Source of the DNA: Faecousia sp.
GTDB taxonomy: Bacteria > Bacillota > Clostridia > Oscillospirales > Oscillospiraceae
NCBI GenBank assembly: GCA_045596405.1
Contig: JAZOCJ010000036.1
Coordinates: 1,821-65,820, forward strand
DNA length: 64,000 nt
Reading direction: 5' to 3'
Shown: one piece after another, positions 8,757-17,261 of the stretch
Numbering within the stretch: the stretch's first letter is position 1
Layout: the number at the start of each line of letters is the position of its first letter
Program-made: the position numbers and the translations under genes
The notes under the pieces: model-generated
Told to the model about the DNA's origin: nothing
Databases searched by the model: none
What the model saw: the letters and a program-made list of their open reading frames with translations, nothing else

Positions 8757-9428
8757 TTACTCACCAAAATGCAGCAGTTCAAAGCGGTTTTTCCGGCAGG
8801 CAAGAACGCCCTCTTTCCGCAGCTTGCTGATCTCGGCGGACAGACCGCTGCGATCTACCTCCAGATAGTCTGCCAGCGCCTGTCGGTCAAAGGGAATGGT
8901 GAAGCTGCGGCTGCCATGTTGTTTTGCTTGCGCTGACAGATACGCCATCAGCTTTTCCCGGGTGGTGCGGTTGGCGGTGATCTGTATTTTCTGGTGCAGC
9001 ATCAGATTTTTCGTCGCCACGATCTGCAGAAGATTCCATATCAGCTGATTGTGAAAGGAACAGGCATTTGCGCAGCAACCGGCGATCCGGCGGCTGTCCA
9101 GCAGCAGAAGCTGACTGTCCTCTTCGGCGGTGATACTGACGGCTAACGGCTGGCTGTCAGACAGGGCGTAGGATTCCCCGAACATCTCCTTTGGGGCGAT
9201 GTGGGCGACGATGGTGCGGTTTCCGTAATAGTCCTCCCGGGTCAGCAGCAGGCTTCCGGTCAGCACGATGCCAATGGACACCGTAGTGTCCCCCTCCCGG
9301 AAAACCGTCTGTCCTTTGCGTACGGAGAGCATTCTGGTCTGCAGACAACCCAGCATCCCGTGCAGATCTTCTCTCTGGATGCCCTGAAAGAGAGGACAAG
9401 CCAGCAGAACGGAATAAAATTCTTCCAT
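8757..9428 (-). CDS. Crp/Fnr-family regulator (HcpR-like)
   Basis: cNMP-binding fold plus HTH RQALADYLEVDRSGLSAEIS; start moved to MEEFY after the AAGGAGG RBS. Confidence 0.92.
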   Translation of the reverse strand: MEEFYSVLLACPLFQGIQREDLHGMLGCLQTRMLSVRKGQTVFREGDTTVSIGIVLTGSLLLTREDYYGNRTIVAHIAPKEMFGESYALSDSQPLAVSITAEEDSQLLLLDSRRIAGCCANACSFHNQLIWNLLQIVATKNLMLHQKIQITANRTTREKLMAYLSAQAKQHGSRSFTIPFDRQALADYLEVDRSGLSAEISKLRKEGVLACRKNRFELLHFGE

Positions 9429-9441
9429 AGAAGCCTCCTTT

Positions 9442-9457
9442 TGTTGAAAATTCAACA
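9442..9457. promoter_or_regulatory. Candidate Crp/Fnr (HcpR-type) binding palindrome
   Basis: TGTTG-AAAATT-CAACA between the regulator and its divergent Fe-S operon. Confidence 0.6.
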
Positions 9458-9513
9458 TACAAACCGCAATCAGTATACTATAATAACCATACAAAGTCAA
9501 GGAGGGATGTTAT

Positions 9514-9774
9514 ATGGTAATTAGCAGTTGTCAAGGAAAGCCGAGGACACCTACCATCCACGAGAAAATCTGTCCTCAGTGCGGAAATGTGATCGAGCTG
9601 TTTTCTATCGATACCGAGGTCGCCTGCGACCAGTGCGGCTTTGTGGCTTACAACGATACCTTAAGCTGTGTCCAGTGGTGCCAGTATGCCAGAAAGTGCG
9701 TAGGCGATGAAATGTACGAGCAGATGATGAAGGTCGCTGCGCTCCAAAAGCAGAAAAAGGAGGAGTCCGCATGA
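9514..9774 (+). CDS. Small Cys-rich (CxxC x2 plus CxxxCxxxxxC) hypothetical protein
   Basis: CPQC, CDQC, CVQWCQYARKC; AGGAGG RBS; overlaps the next gene. Confidence 0.8.
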   Translation: MVISSCQGKPRTPTIHEKICPQCGNVIELFSIDTEVACDQCGFVAYNDTLSCVQWCQYARKCVGDEMYEQMMKVAALQKQKKEESA

Positions 9775-10373
9775 TCCGGAAAATCATTACCATCGACGAG
9801 GAAAAATGCAACGGCTGCGGTCTGTGCGCCGATGCCTGCCACGAAGGGGCCATCGGTATGGTAGAGGGCAAGGCGAAGCTTCTGCGGGAGGACTACTGTG
9901 ACGGTCTGGGAGATTGTCTCCCGGCGTGTCCGATGAATGCCATCAGCTTCGAGGAGCGGGAAGCCCCTGCATATGATGCAGAGGCGGTCCGTGCCGCCGC
10001 CCGGCAAAAGTCCCGGCTGAAGCAGTGGCCGGTGCAGATGAAGCTGGTGCCGGTGAGTGCCCCGTTTTTTGAGGGTGCGGATCTGCTCATCGCGGCAGAC
10101 TGTACCGCCTATGCATACCCGGAGTTTCACAATACATTTATGAAGGATCGGGTTACCCTCATCGGCTGTCCCAAGCTGGACGGGGTGGATTACAGTCAGA
10201 AGCTCACCGCCATTCTGAAAAACAACGATATCCGCAGCGTGACTGTGGTGCGGATGGAAGTACCCTGCTGCGGCGGCATTTCCTTTGCGGCGGAGCAGGC
10301 CATCCGGGCAAGCGGGAAATTCCTGCCCTGGCAGGTGATCACCGTCTCCGTAGATGGAGTGATTCGGGATTGA
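9771..10373 (+). CDS. 4Fe-4S dicluster-binding protein
   Basis: CNGCGLCADACHEGAI and YCDGLGDCLPACP, plus QWPVQ, AADC, GCPKLD and MEVPCC motifs. Confidence 0.93.
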   Translation: MIRKIITIDEEKCNGCGLCADACHEGAIGMVEGKAKLLREDYCDGLGDCLPACPMNAISFEEREAPAYDAEAVRAAARQKSRLKQWPVQMKLVPVSAPFFEGADLLIAADCTAYAYPEFHNTFMKDRVTLIGCPKLDGVDYSQKLTAILKNNDIRSVTVVRMEVPCCGGISFAAEQAIRASGKFLPWQVITVSVDGVIRD

Positions 10374-10404
10374 GAGCGTTCGTTGGATATAAACGGATAG
10401 AGCA

Positions 10405-10455
10405 AGAGGGTGTTGCAAAACACTGCAACACCCTCTAAAACTATGCTTTTGCCTG
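10405..10455 (+). repeat. GAGGGTGTTGCA/TGCAACACCCTC hairpin repeat with TAAAACTATGCTTTT tail
   Basis: Related copies at 18910-18939, 22124-22157, 37263-37294 and 53487-53537 (inverted). Confidence 0.8.
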
Positions 10456-10467
10456 CATTCTGTGGAT

Positions 10468-10515
10468 GTAGGGGCGGATAGTATCCGCCCGCGGGCGACT
10501 GATAGTCGCCCCTAC
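10468..10515. repeat. REP doublet (REPIN-like)
   Basis: GTAGGGGCGGATAGTATCCGCCCG-CGGGCGACTGATAGTCGCCCCTAC. Confidence 0.85.
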
Positions 10516-10523
10516 AAATTCGA

Positions 10524-11459
10524 TCAGACCTTTGGTGGTGACATACTGGCAAGATAGCTTTCCGCGGAGTGGGCGGCGGCTGCACCGTCGGCAACGGCGG
10601 TGACGATCTGCCGCAATATCTTTGTCCGCACATCTCCCACGGCGAACACTCCGGGCAGGTTGGTGCAGGTGGTCTCGTCGGACACCACATATCCATCGTC
10701 GCTGAGTACCAGCTGCCCCCGTACCAACTCTGTGGCAGGCGCTCTGCCGATGCTGATGAAGACCCCGTCGCATTCGATTTCTGTTTCGTTCCCGGTGACG
10801 GTGTCGAGAACACGCAGACCGGTGAGCCGGTCGCCGCAGAGCAGGGCGGACACGGTGCTGTTCCAGAGAAACTCCACATTCTCCGCGTTTTCCAGAGGGG
10901 TGTGGTAGACCTTGGTGGCTCGCAGAGCATCCCTGCGGTGGATAAGGATCACCTTGTTTGCCACTCGGCTTAAGGAAAGGGCGTCGGCTGCCGCGGAGTT
11001 GCCGCCGCCGATCACCGCAACAGTCTTGCCCTTATAGAACATCCCGTCGCAGGCGGCGCAGTAATGAACGCCCCTGCCCGTCAGCTCTGCCTCTCCCGGC
11101 AGTCCCAACAGCCTTGGAGCAGCGCCGGTGGCAAGTACGACGGTCTTTGCGTAGAAAGTACCCTCACTGGTCTCGATTTCCTTGATTTCTTTCTGAAGAT
11201 CTACCCGGTAGACTTCGGCAAGCTCGGTTTTCGCACCGAACCGCTCCGCGCCTGATTGCATTTTCTCTCCCAGGGTGAAGCCGTCTACCCCGTCCTCAAA
11301 GCCGGGGTAATTGTCGATCTGGGAGGTCAGCGCCATCTGCCCGCCGGCAGACAGCTTCTCCAATACCAATGTATCCAGTCCCGACCGGGCGGCGTAGAGG
11401 GCGGTGGTATAACCGCCGGGTCCGCCCCCGATCACCACCATATCATAGATGTGCGGCAT
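10524..11459 (-). CDS. trxB: Thioredoxin reductase
   Basis: VIGGGPGG, CAACDG active site, VIGGGNSA, HRRD, GVFAVGD. Confidence 0.96.
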   Translation of the reverse strand: MPHIYDMVVIGGGPGGYTTALYAARSGLDTLVLEKLSAGGQMALTSQIDNYPGFEDGVDGFTLGEKMQSGAERFGAKTELAEVYRVDLQKEIKEIETSEGTFYAKTVVLATGAAPRLLGLPGEAELTGRGVHYCAACDGMFYKGKTVAVIGGGNSAAADALSLSRVANKVILIHRRDALRATKVYHTPLENAENVEFLWNSTVSALLCGDRLTGLRVLDTVTGNETEIECDGVFISIGRAPATELVRGQLVLSDDGYVVSDETTCTNLPGVFAVGDVRTKILRQIVTAVADGAAAAHSAESYLASMSPPKV

Positions 11460-11469
11460 AGGAAGCACC

Positions 11470-11790
11470 TCACTTGTTCAGTTGTTCCCGGATGAATTCC
11501 TCGATCCTTGCTTTGGATTCCGGGGCTACGATAGAGCCAAGAGCCTTTCCGCCCCGGTAAAGGATCAGGGTGGGGATGACCTCGATCTGCTCGTTTTGGG
11601 CAAGCAGAGGCTCGTCGTCGATGTTTACCTGTGCGGTCACCAGAGTGCCTTCGTATTGCTCGGAGATCTTCTGCATCGCCGGTGCGATCCGGCGGCAATA
11701 GCTGCACCAGGGCGCCCAGAATTCTACCAGAACGGGCTTTTCGCCCTCTTTCACGTGCTGCTGAAAAAGAGATTGGTTCATTGTGATCAT
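11470..11790 (-). CDS. trxA: Thioredoxin (WCSYC)
   Basis: VLVEFWAPWCSYC and IPTL cis-Pro motif; adjacent to trxB. Confidence 0.9.
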   Translation of the reverse strand: MITMNQSLFQQHVKEGEKPVLVEFWAPWCSYCRRIAPAMQKISEQYEGTLVTAQVNIDDEPLLAQNEQIEVIPTLILYRGGKALGSIVAPESKARIEEFIREQLNK

Positions 11791-11909
11791 AATCAAATGC
11801 TCCTTTCATTTGTTTGTAGTAGTATTTCCGGATTTTGGGATTTCTAACTGCTGTTTGACAACCTCTAAAAAAACGATTATAGTTAGAACATTGAGAGGGG
11901 TGATCCAAA

Positions 11910-12569
11910 ATGGATTTTGCAGAGTGTTTTCCCGTATGGGACAAGCTGACGCGGGAGCAGCAGGAACGGCTGCTGGCGGTTTCGGATTTTCGGACTGTGA
12001 AGAGCGGTACGCTCCTGCACGATGGGGGTCCCAACTGTATGGGTCTTTTGCTGGTGCGCAGCGGTCAGCTTCGGGCATATTTGCTTTCTGAGGAAGGTCG
12101 GGAAATGACCATTTGCCGATTCTTTGAAATGGACATTTGCCTGTTCTCTGCGTCCTGCGTGATGCCCAATATGCAGTTTAATATTATGATCGAGGCGGAA
12201 AAGGACACGGAGATCTGGGTCGTCCCCGCCTGTCTGTATCAGAATTTGATGGATGAATCCATCGCCCTGTCTAACTATTCCCACGATCTGATCACCAATC
12301 ACTTTTCCGAGGTGATGTGGCTGATGGAGCAGGTCATGTGGAAGAGCTTTGACAAGCGGCTGGCAGAATTTTTGCTGCAGGAGAGTGCGCTGGAAGATTC
12401 CAACACCTTGAAGATCACCCACGAGAAGATCGCCAACCATATGGGCACTGCCCGGGAGGTGGTCACCCGGATGCTCCGTTACTTCCAGAGCGAAGGAATG
12501 GTAAAGCTCACCAGAGGTGCGGTGGATATCACCGACCGCAAGCGACTGGAGCAGATGCAGGCGCTGTAA
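11910..12569 (+). CDS. Crp/Fnr-family regulator
   Basis: SEEGREMT, C-terminal HTH ITHEKIANHMGTAREVVTRML. Confidence 0.93.
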   Translation: MDFAECFPVWDKLTREQQERLLAVSDFRTVKSGTLLHDGGPNCMGLLLVRSGQLRAYLLSEEGREMTICRFFEMDICLFSASCVMPNMQFNIMIEAEKDTEIWVVPACLYQNLMDESIALSNYSHDLITNHFSEVMWLMEQVMWKSFDKRLAEFLLQESALEDSNTLKITHEKIANHMGTAREVVTRMLRYFQSEGMVKLTRGAVDITDRKRLEQMQAL

Positions 12570-13352
12570 CTATCCCAGTGCCACATCCAGTACCATCATC
12601 AGCGTAAAGCCTGCGGCAAAGAAGATCGTGCCTACGTGAGAATGCTCACCCTCGGACATCTCCGGGATCAGCTCCTCCACCACTACATACAGCATAGCGC
12701 CGGCGGAGAAGGTGAGCAGATACGGCAGGATCGGTACTACCAGACTGGCAAGCAATATGGTGAGGATCGCGCCCAGGGGCTCGACAACTCCGGAGAGGAC
12801 ACCGTAGACAAAGGCTTTTCCCCGGGGCATACCGTTGCTTTTCAGAGGCATAGAGATGATCGCGCCCTCGGGCAGGTTCTGCAAAGCGATTCCCAACGAA
12901 AGGGCAAAGGCGGCGGTCAGGGAGATGCTCTCGCTCCCGGACAGCCAGCTTGCGATGACCACGCCCACAGCCATACCCTCCGGCAGGTTGTGCAGCGCCA
13001 CTGCCAGCACCATCATAGAAGATCTTCCCAGATTGCAGGGCGTGCCCTCTGGACAGGGACTGTTCAGGTGCAGGTGGGGGATCACACGGTCCAGCATCAG
13101 CAGGAACAGGAAGCCTGCCCACACGCCGATAAACGCCGGCAGGAATGCCAGCTTGCCCAGTCCTTCGGACTGCTCCATGGCCGGGATGATGAGGCTCCAC
13201 ACAGAGGCGGCGACCATCACGCCTGCGGCAAAGCCGGTGAGCGACCGCTGCAGGGTGCGGTGCATTTTCCCTTTCAGGAAAAAGACGCCGGCGGCGCCCA
13301 AGACCGTTCCGAGAAACGGCAGGAATATAGCACTGAGTGTTTCAATATGCAT
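12570..13352 (-). CDS. zupT: ZIP/ZupT (GufA) metal transporter
   Basis: GFAAGVMVAAS, HNLPEGMAVG, QNLPEG, EELIPE. Confidence 0.9.
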   Translation of the reverse strand: MHIETLSAIFLPFLGTVLGAAGVFFLKGKMHRTLQRSLTGFAAGVMVAASVWSLIIPAMEQSEGLGKLAFLPAFIGVWAGFLFLLMLDRVIPHLHLNSPCPEGTPCNLGRSSMMVLAVALHNLPEGMAVGVVIASWLSGSESISLTAAFALSLGIALQNLPEGAIISMPLKSNGMPRGKAFVYGVLSGVVEPLGAILTILLASLVVPILPYLLTFSAGAMLYVVVEELIPEMSEGEHSHVGTIFFAAGFTLMMVLDVALG

Positions 13353-13408
13353 AGGAAGACTCCTTTCTGCCGGTTGATACCAGTTTACTATAGTATTTTA
13401 ACAGAGTC

Positions 13409-13423
13409 TGTGATAAAATCACA
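13409..13423. promoter_or_regulatory. Candidate Crp/Fnr-type site upstream of the flavodiiron gene
   Basis: TGTGA-TAAAA-TCACA; a similar TGTGA-TTTAC-TCACC lies at 8751-8765, upstream of rubredoxin. Confidence 0.55.
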
Positions 13424-13484
13424 GTAGCAAACAGAAAAAATATTTATAATGTGCCTATCAAAAAGGAAAACAAGGAGAATGACT

Positions 13485-15275
13485 ATGACCATCACCAAGG
13501 ATATCCGATACATCGGCGTGAACGACCACAAGGTAGACCTGTTCGAGGGGCAGTATGTTGTGCCCAACGGTATGGCATACAATTCCTATGCCATCCTGGA
13601 TGAGAAGGTCGCCATTATGGATACGGTGGATAAGAATTTTACCCACGAATGGCTGGATAACATTCAGAAGACACTGGGCGGCCGCAAGCCGGATTATCTG
13701 ATCGTGCAGCATATGGAGCCGGATCATTCTGCCAATATTGCCAACTTTTTGAAGATCTACCCCGAGGCCACTGTGGTGTCCTCGGCAAAGGCATTTACTA
13801 TGATGGGGCATTTCTTCGGACAGGAGTATGAGGACCGCCGGATCGTGGTGGGTGAGGGCAGCACCCTGTGTCTGGGCAAGCATACCCTGACCTTTGTGAC
13901 GGCACCCATGGTCCACTGGCCCGAGGTCATCGTGACCTATGATTCCTATGATAAGGTGCTGTTCTCTGCCGACGGCTTCGGCAAGTTTGGGGCGCTGGAT
14001 GCAGAAGAAGACTGGGCGTGCGAGGCCCGGCGGTATTACATCGGCATCGTGGGCAAGTACGGTGCCCAGGTGCAGGCGCTGCTGAAAAAGGCGGCAGGCT
14101 TGGATATTTCTGTCATCTGCCCTCTCCATGGACCGGTGCTGACGGAAAACCTGGGCTACTATATTAACCTCTATGACATCTGGTCTTCCTACCTGGTGGA
14201 GAGCGAGGGCATCGTCATTGCCTACACCTCCGTCTACGGCAACACCAAGGCCGCAGTGGAGCTGCTGGCACAAAAGCTGAAGGAAAAGGGCTGCCCCAAG
14301 GTGGTGGTCAATGACCTGGCGCGGTGCGATATGGCAGAGGCGGTGGAGGATGCGTTCCGCTACGGCAAGCTGGTGCTGGCGACCACGACCTACAATGCAG
14401 ATATCTTCCCCTTTATGAAAACCTTTATCCATCATTTGACAGAGCGGAATTTCCAGAACCGCACCGTGGGTCTGATGGAGAACGGCTCTTGGGCGCCTTT
14501 GGCGGCAAAGACGATGCGGGGACTCTTTGAGAATAGCAAAAATCTGTCCTTTACCGATACCACGGTGAAGATCCTGTCTGCCCTGAACGAGGACAGCAAG
14601 GCGCAGATCGAGGCAATGGCCAATGAGCTGTGCAGAGACTACCTTGCCCGGCAGGATGCCACCGCCAATAAAAACGATCTGTCCGCACTGTTCAATATCG
14701 GCTACGGTCTGTATGTGGTGACCTCCCGGGACGGTGATAAGGACAACGGTCTGATCGTCAACACGGTCACACAGGTGACCAGCACCCCCAACCGGGTGGC
14801 GGTGACCATCAACAAGTTAAATTATTCCCACCACATCATTAAGCAGACAGGGGTTATGAATGTGAACTGCCTGGATACTTCTGCACCCTTTGATCTGTTC
14901 CAGACCTTTGGCTTCCAGAGCGGACGGACGGCGGATAAGTTCGCAGGCATCGAGGCGCTGCGCTCCGACAACGGACTGCGTTTCCTGTCCCGGTATATCA
15001 ACTCCTTTATGAGCCTGAAGGTGGAGGACTATGTGGATCTGGGCACCCACGGAATGTTCATCTGCTCCGTTGCCGAAGCCCGGGTGATCTCCGATAAGGA
15101 GACCATGACCTACACCTACTACCAGCAGAATGTGAAGCCCAAGCCCGAGACCGAGGGCAAGAAGGGATATGCCTGCAAGATCTGCGGCTGGGTCTATGAA
15201 GGCGAGGAGCTGCCCGAGGACATCGTCTGCCCCCTGTGCAAGCACGGCGCGGCGGATTTTGAGCCCATCGCTTAA
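13485..15275 (+). CDS. fprA: Flavodiiron protein fused to flavin reductase and short rubredoxin domains
   Basis: HMEPDH, VHWPE, SADGFG and LHGP diiron ligands; flavodoxin YTSVYGNT; flavin reductase YGLYVVT..GTHGMFI; CKICG...CPLC. Confidence 0.92.
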   Translation: MTITKDIRYIGVNDHKVDLFEGQYVVPNGMAYNSYAILDEKVAIMDTVDKNFTHEWLDNIQKTLGGRKPDYLIVQHMEPDHSANIANFLKIYPEATVVSSAKAFTMMGHFFGQEYEDRRIVVGEGSTLCLGKHTLTFVTAPMVHWPEVIVTYDSYDKVLFSADGFGKFGALDAEEDWACEARRYYIGIVGKYGAQVQALLKKAAGLDISVICPLHGPVLTENLGYYINLYDIWSSYLVESEGIVIAYTSVYGNTKAAVELLAQKLKEKGCPKVVVNDLARCDMAEAVEDAFRYGKLVLATTTYNADIFPFMKTFIHHLTERNFQNRTVGLMENGSWAPLAAKTMRGLFENSKNLSFTDTTVKILSALNEDSKAQIEAMANELCRDYLARQDATANKNDLSALFNIGYGLYVVTSRDGDKDNGLIVNTVTQVTSTPNRVAVTINKLNYSHHIIKQTGVMNVNCLDTSAPFDLFQTFGFQSGRTADKFAGIEALRSDNGLRFLSRYINSFMSLKVEDYVDLGTHGMFICSVAEARVISDKETMTYTYYQQNVKPKPETEGKKGYACKICGWVYEGEELPEDIVCPLCKHGAADFEPIA

Positions 15276-15386
15276 GATATACAGCACTGCCCCGATTTGC
15301 GTTGCAAACGCAAATCGGGGCTTGTTTTTGTCCTGACTTTTTGCTAAAATAAACGGTAATAGTGAATTTACAGTCGGGGTGCTGAA

Positions 15387-17261
15387 ATGAGAAAGAAAAG
15401 CTTGCGGATCTGTGCATGTATGCTGGCAATACTCACACTGTGCGGTGTGTTTCTGCCCGCATTTCGCCCGATCAAGGCGAATGCCTACGCCTACGAAAAT
15501 ACATATGTCAATACCGGTGACCAGCGCAAGGATATCGTTGGCGTGGCGCTGACCCAGGTGGGCTACACCGAGGGCAGAGAGAACGATACCAAGTACGGCA
15601 CCTGGTTCGGTATGCCCCTGCAGCCCTGGTGCGCTACCTTTATCTCCTGGTGCGCAAGACAAGCGGACATTTCGGAAGATGTTCTCCACGGCAGTGCGGT
15701 GGCTGACCCCCGTAACGGCTATTTCAACATCCCCTATAAAAGCGGAACAAGCTACACTCCCCAGCCCGGCGATCTGTTCTTTACAAAGAAATTCGCCCAC
15801 GTGGGAATCGTGTGCCATGTAGAGGGGGACAAGTTCTACGCCATTGAGGGCAACGGTAACGAAATGGGCAGCAACGAGGGCCAGTATGTCATTATCAATG
15901 AGCGGGAAATTTCCAAGTATTATTTCGGCATCCCCAATTATAAAGGCAGCGGAGACCACAATTATATCCGGGAAGAGGAGACCGCCCATCCTCACCGTAC
16001 ATATTACCGATGCCAGACCTGCGGCGATCAGTATTATACCGGCTATACCGCCTGCTACAGTAGCTGCACCCAATGTATGTCCTGCGGCTGCTCTTCAGAG
16101 TTTGAAGGCTATTATATCAGCACCTATTATAACAGCTACTATAATCAATTCCTGAATATCCGGGACCGCCACAGCGCCAGCGGAAAAAAGCTGGGCAATG
16201 TGGGCTGTAATACCGTGGTGTATGTATACGGTGCGACCTCGGAAAATGGCTGGGCGTACATCGAGCACGACGGGGTGCGCGGTCACGTGCTGATGCAGCA
16301 TTTGCAGAAATATTATCCTGCCCCGGCTGCTCCTGCAGTCTCTGCAGATCGGCAGGACTACACCGTGGGAGATACCCTGCAGCTAAGCTGGACAGAATCG
16401 CCCCACGCCGAGGGCTACCGGATCGTGGTGACCAAAGACGGCGTGCCGGTGCTGGACCGGGATATGGGACTGGAACGGACTGTCTCTATGCCGGAAATGC
16501 CGGCGGGTACATATGAGGTTTCGGTCTACGCCGGGAACAAGACCGGCTCTTCCCCGGCGGGCAGGCTGCAGGTGACGGTAAGGGATACCTACGCGGTGCG
16601 CTATGAAGTGGGTGAGGGGGCAGTTGCCCCCCAGCAGCAGATCCAGACCTTAGGGCAAAAACTGACCTTGCACCCGGAAACCCCTGTCCGGGAGGGCTAC
16701 ACCTTCCTGGGATGGACACCCGATGAAGAAGCCAAGCTTGCGCAGTATCTGCCCGGGGACAGCGTGCAAAGCGACGCGGACCTGACATTGTACGCGGTTT
16801 GGAAATCGGATACGGCAGCGCCGGAATCCTTGCAGATCGAGAAGATGCCCGCAAGGCGGCTGTTTTTGCTGGGAGAGACCCTGGACACCACGGGACTGAT
16901 ACTGCGGCTGACCTATTCCGACGGCACAGCCCACCATATCACCCAGGGCTTTACCGCCGAGGGCTTTGATGCGGATACTCTGGGCGTCAAGACTGTGACG
17001 GTGACTTATGAAACTGTGACAGTGACCTACGATACAGAGGTGGTCACTTATATTCCCGGAGACATTGACCAGAACAAACTGGTGGAGTGGGAGGACGTGA
17101 TCCAGCTTTTGCTGCACATCTCAATGCCGGATACGTTCCCGGCAGAAGTGCCTACCGACTTTACTGGTGATGGTCAGACAGAGTGGGAAGATGTAATCCA
17201 GCTTCTGTTGTATGTATCGATGCCAGATACATTCCCGTTGTATGTGGAGGAAAGTGTATGA
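15387..17261 (+). CDS. Secreted CHAP amidase with SH3, Fn3-like, InlB B-repeat, Ig-like and C-terminal dockerin domains
   Basis: Signal peptide; PWCATFISWC/HVGIV/IEGN; LNIR..GWAYIEHDGVRGHV; REGYTFLGW..LYAVW; GETLDTTGL; duplicated GDIDQNKLVEWEDVIQLLL / DFTGDGQTEWEDVIQLLL. Confidence 0.85.
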   Translation: MRKKSLRICACMLAILTLCGVFLPAFRPIKANAYAYENTYVNTGDQRKDIVGVALTQVGYTEGRENDTKYGTWFGMPLQPWCATFISWCARQADISEDVLHGSAVADPRNGYFNIPYKSGTSYTPQPGDLFFTKKFAHVGIVCHVEGDKFYAIEGNGNEMGSNEGQYVIINEREISKYYFGIPNYKGSGDHNYIREEETAHPHRTYYRCQTCGDQYYTGYTACYSSCTQCMSCGCSSEFEGYYISTYYNSYYNQFLNIRDRHSASGKKLGNVGCNTVVYVYGATSENGWAYIEHDGVRGHVLMQHLQKYYPAPAAPAVSADRQDYTVGDTLQLSWTESPHAEGYRIVVTKDGVPVLDRDMGLERTVSMPEMPAGTYEVSVYAGNKTGSSPAGRLQVTVRDTYAVRYEVGEGAVAPQQQIQTLGQKLTLHPETPVREGYTFLGWTPDEEAKLAQYLPGDSVQSDADLTLYAVWKSDTAAPESLQIEKMPARRLFLLGETLDTTGLILRLTYSDGTAHHITQGFTAEGFDADTLGVKTVTVTYETVTVTYDTEVVTYIPGDIDQNKLVEWEDVIQLLLHISMPDTFPAEVPTDFTGDGQTEWEDVIQLLLYVSMPDTFPLYVEESV

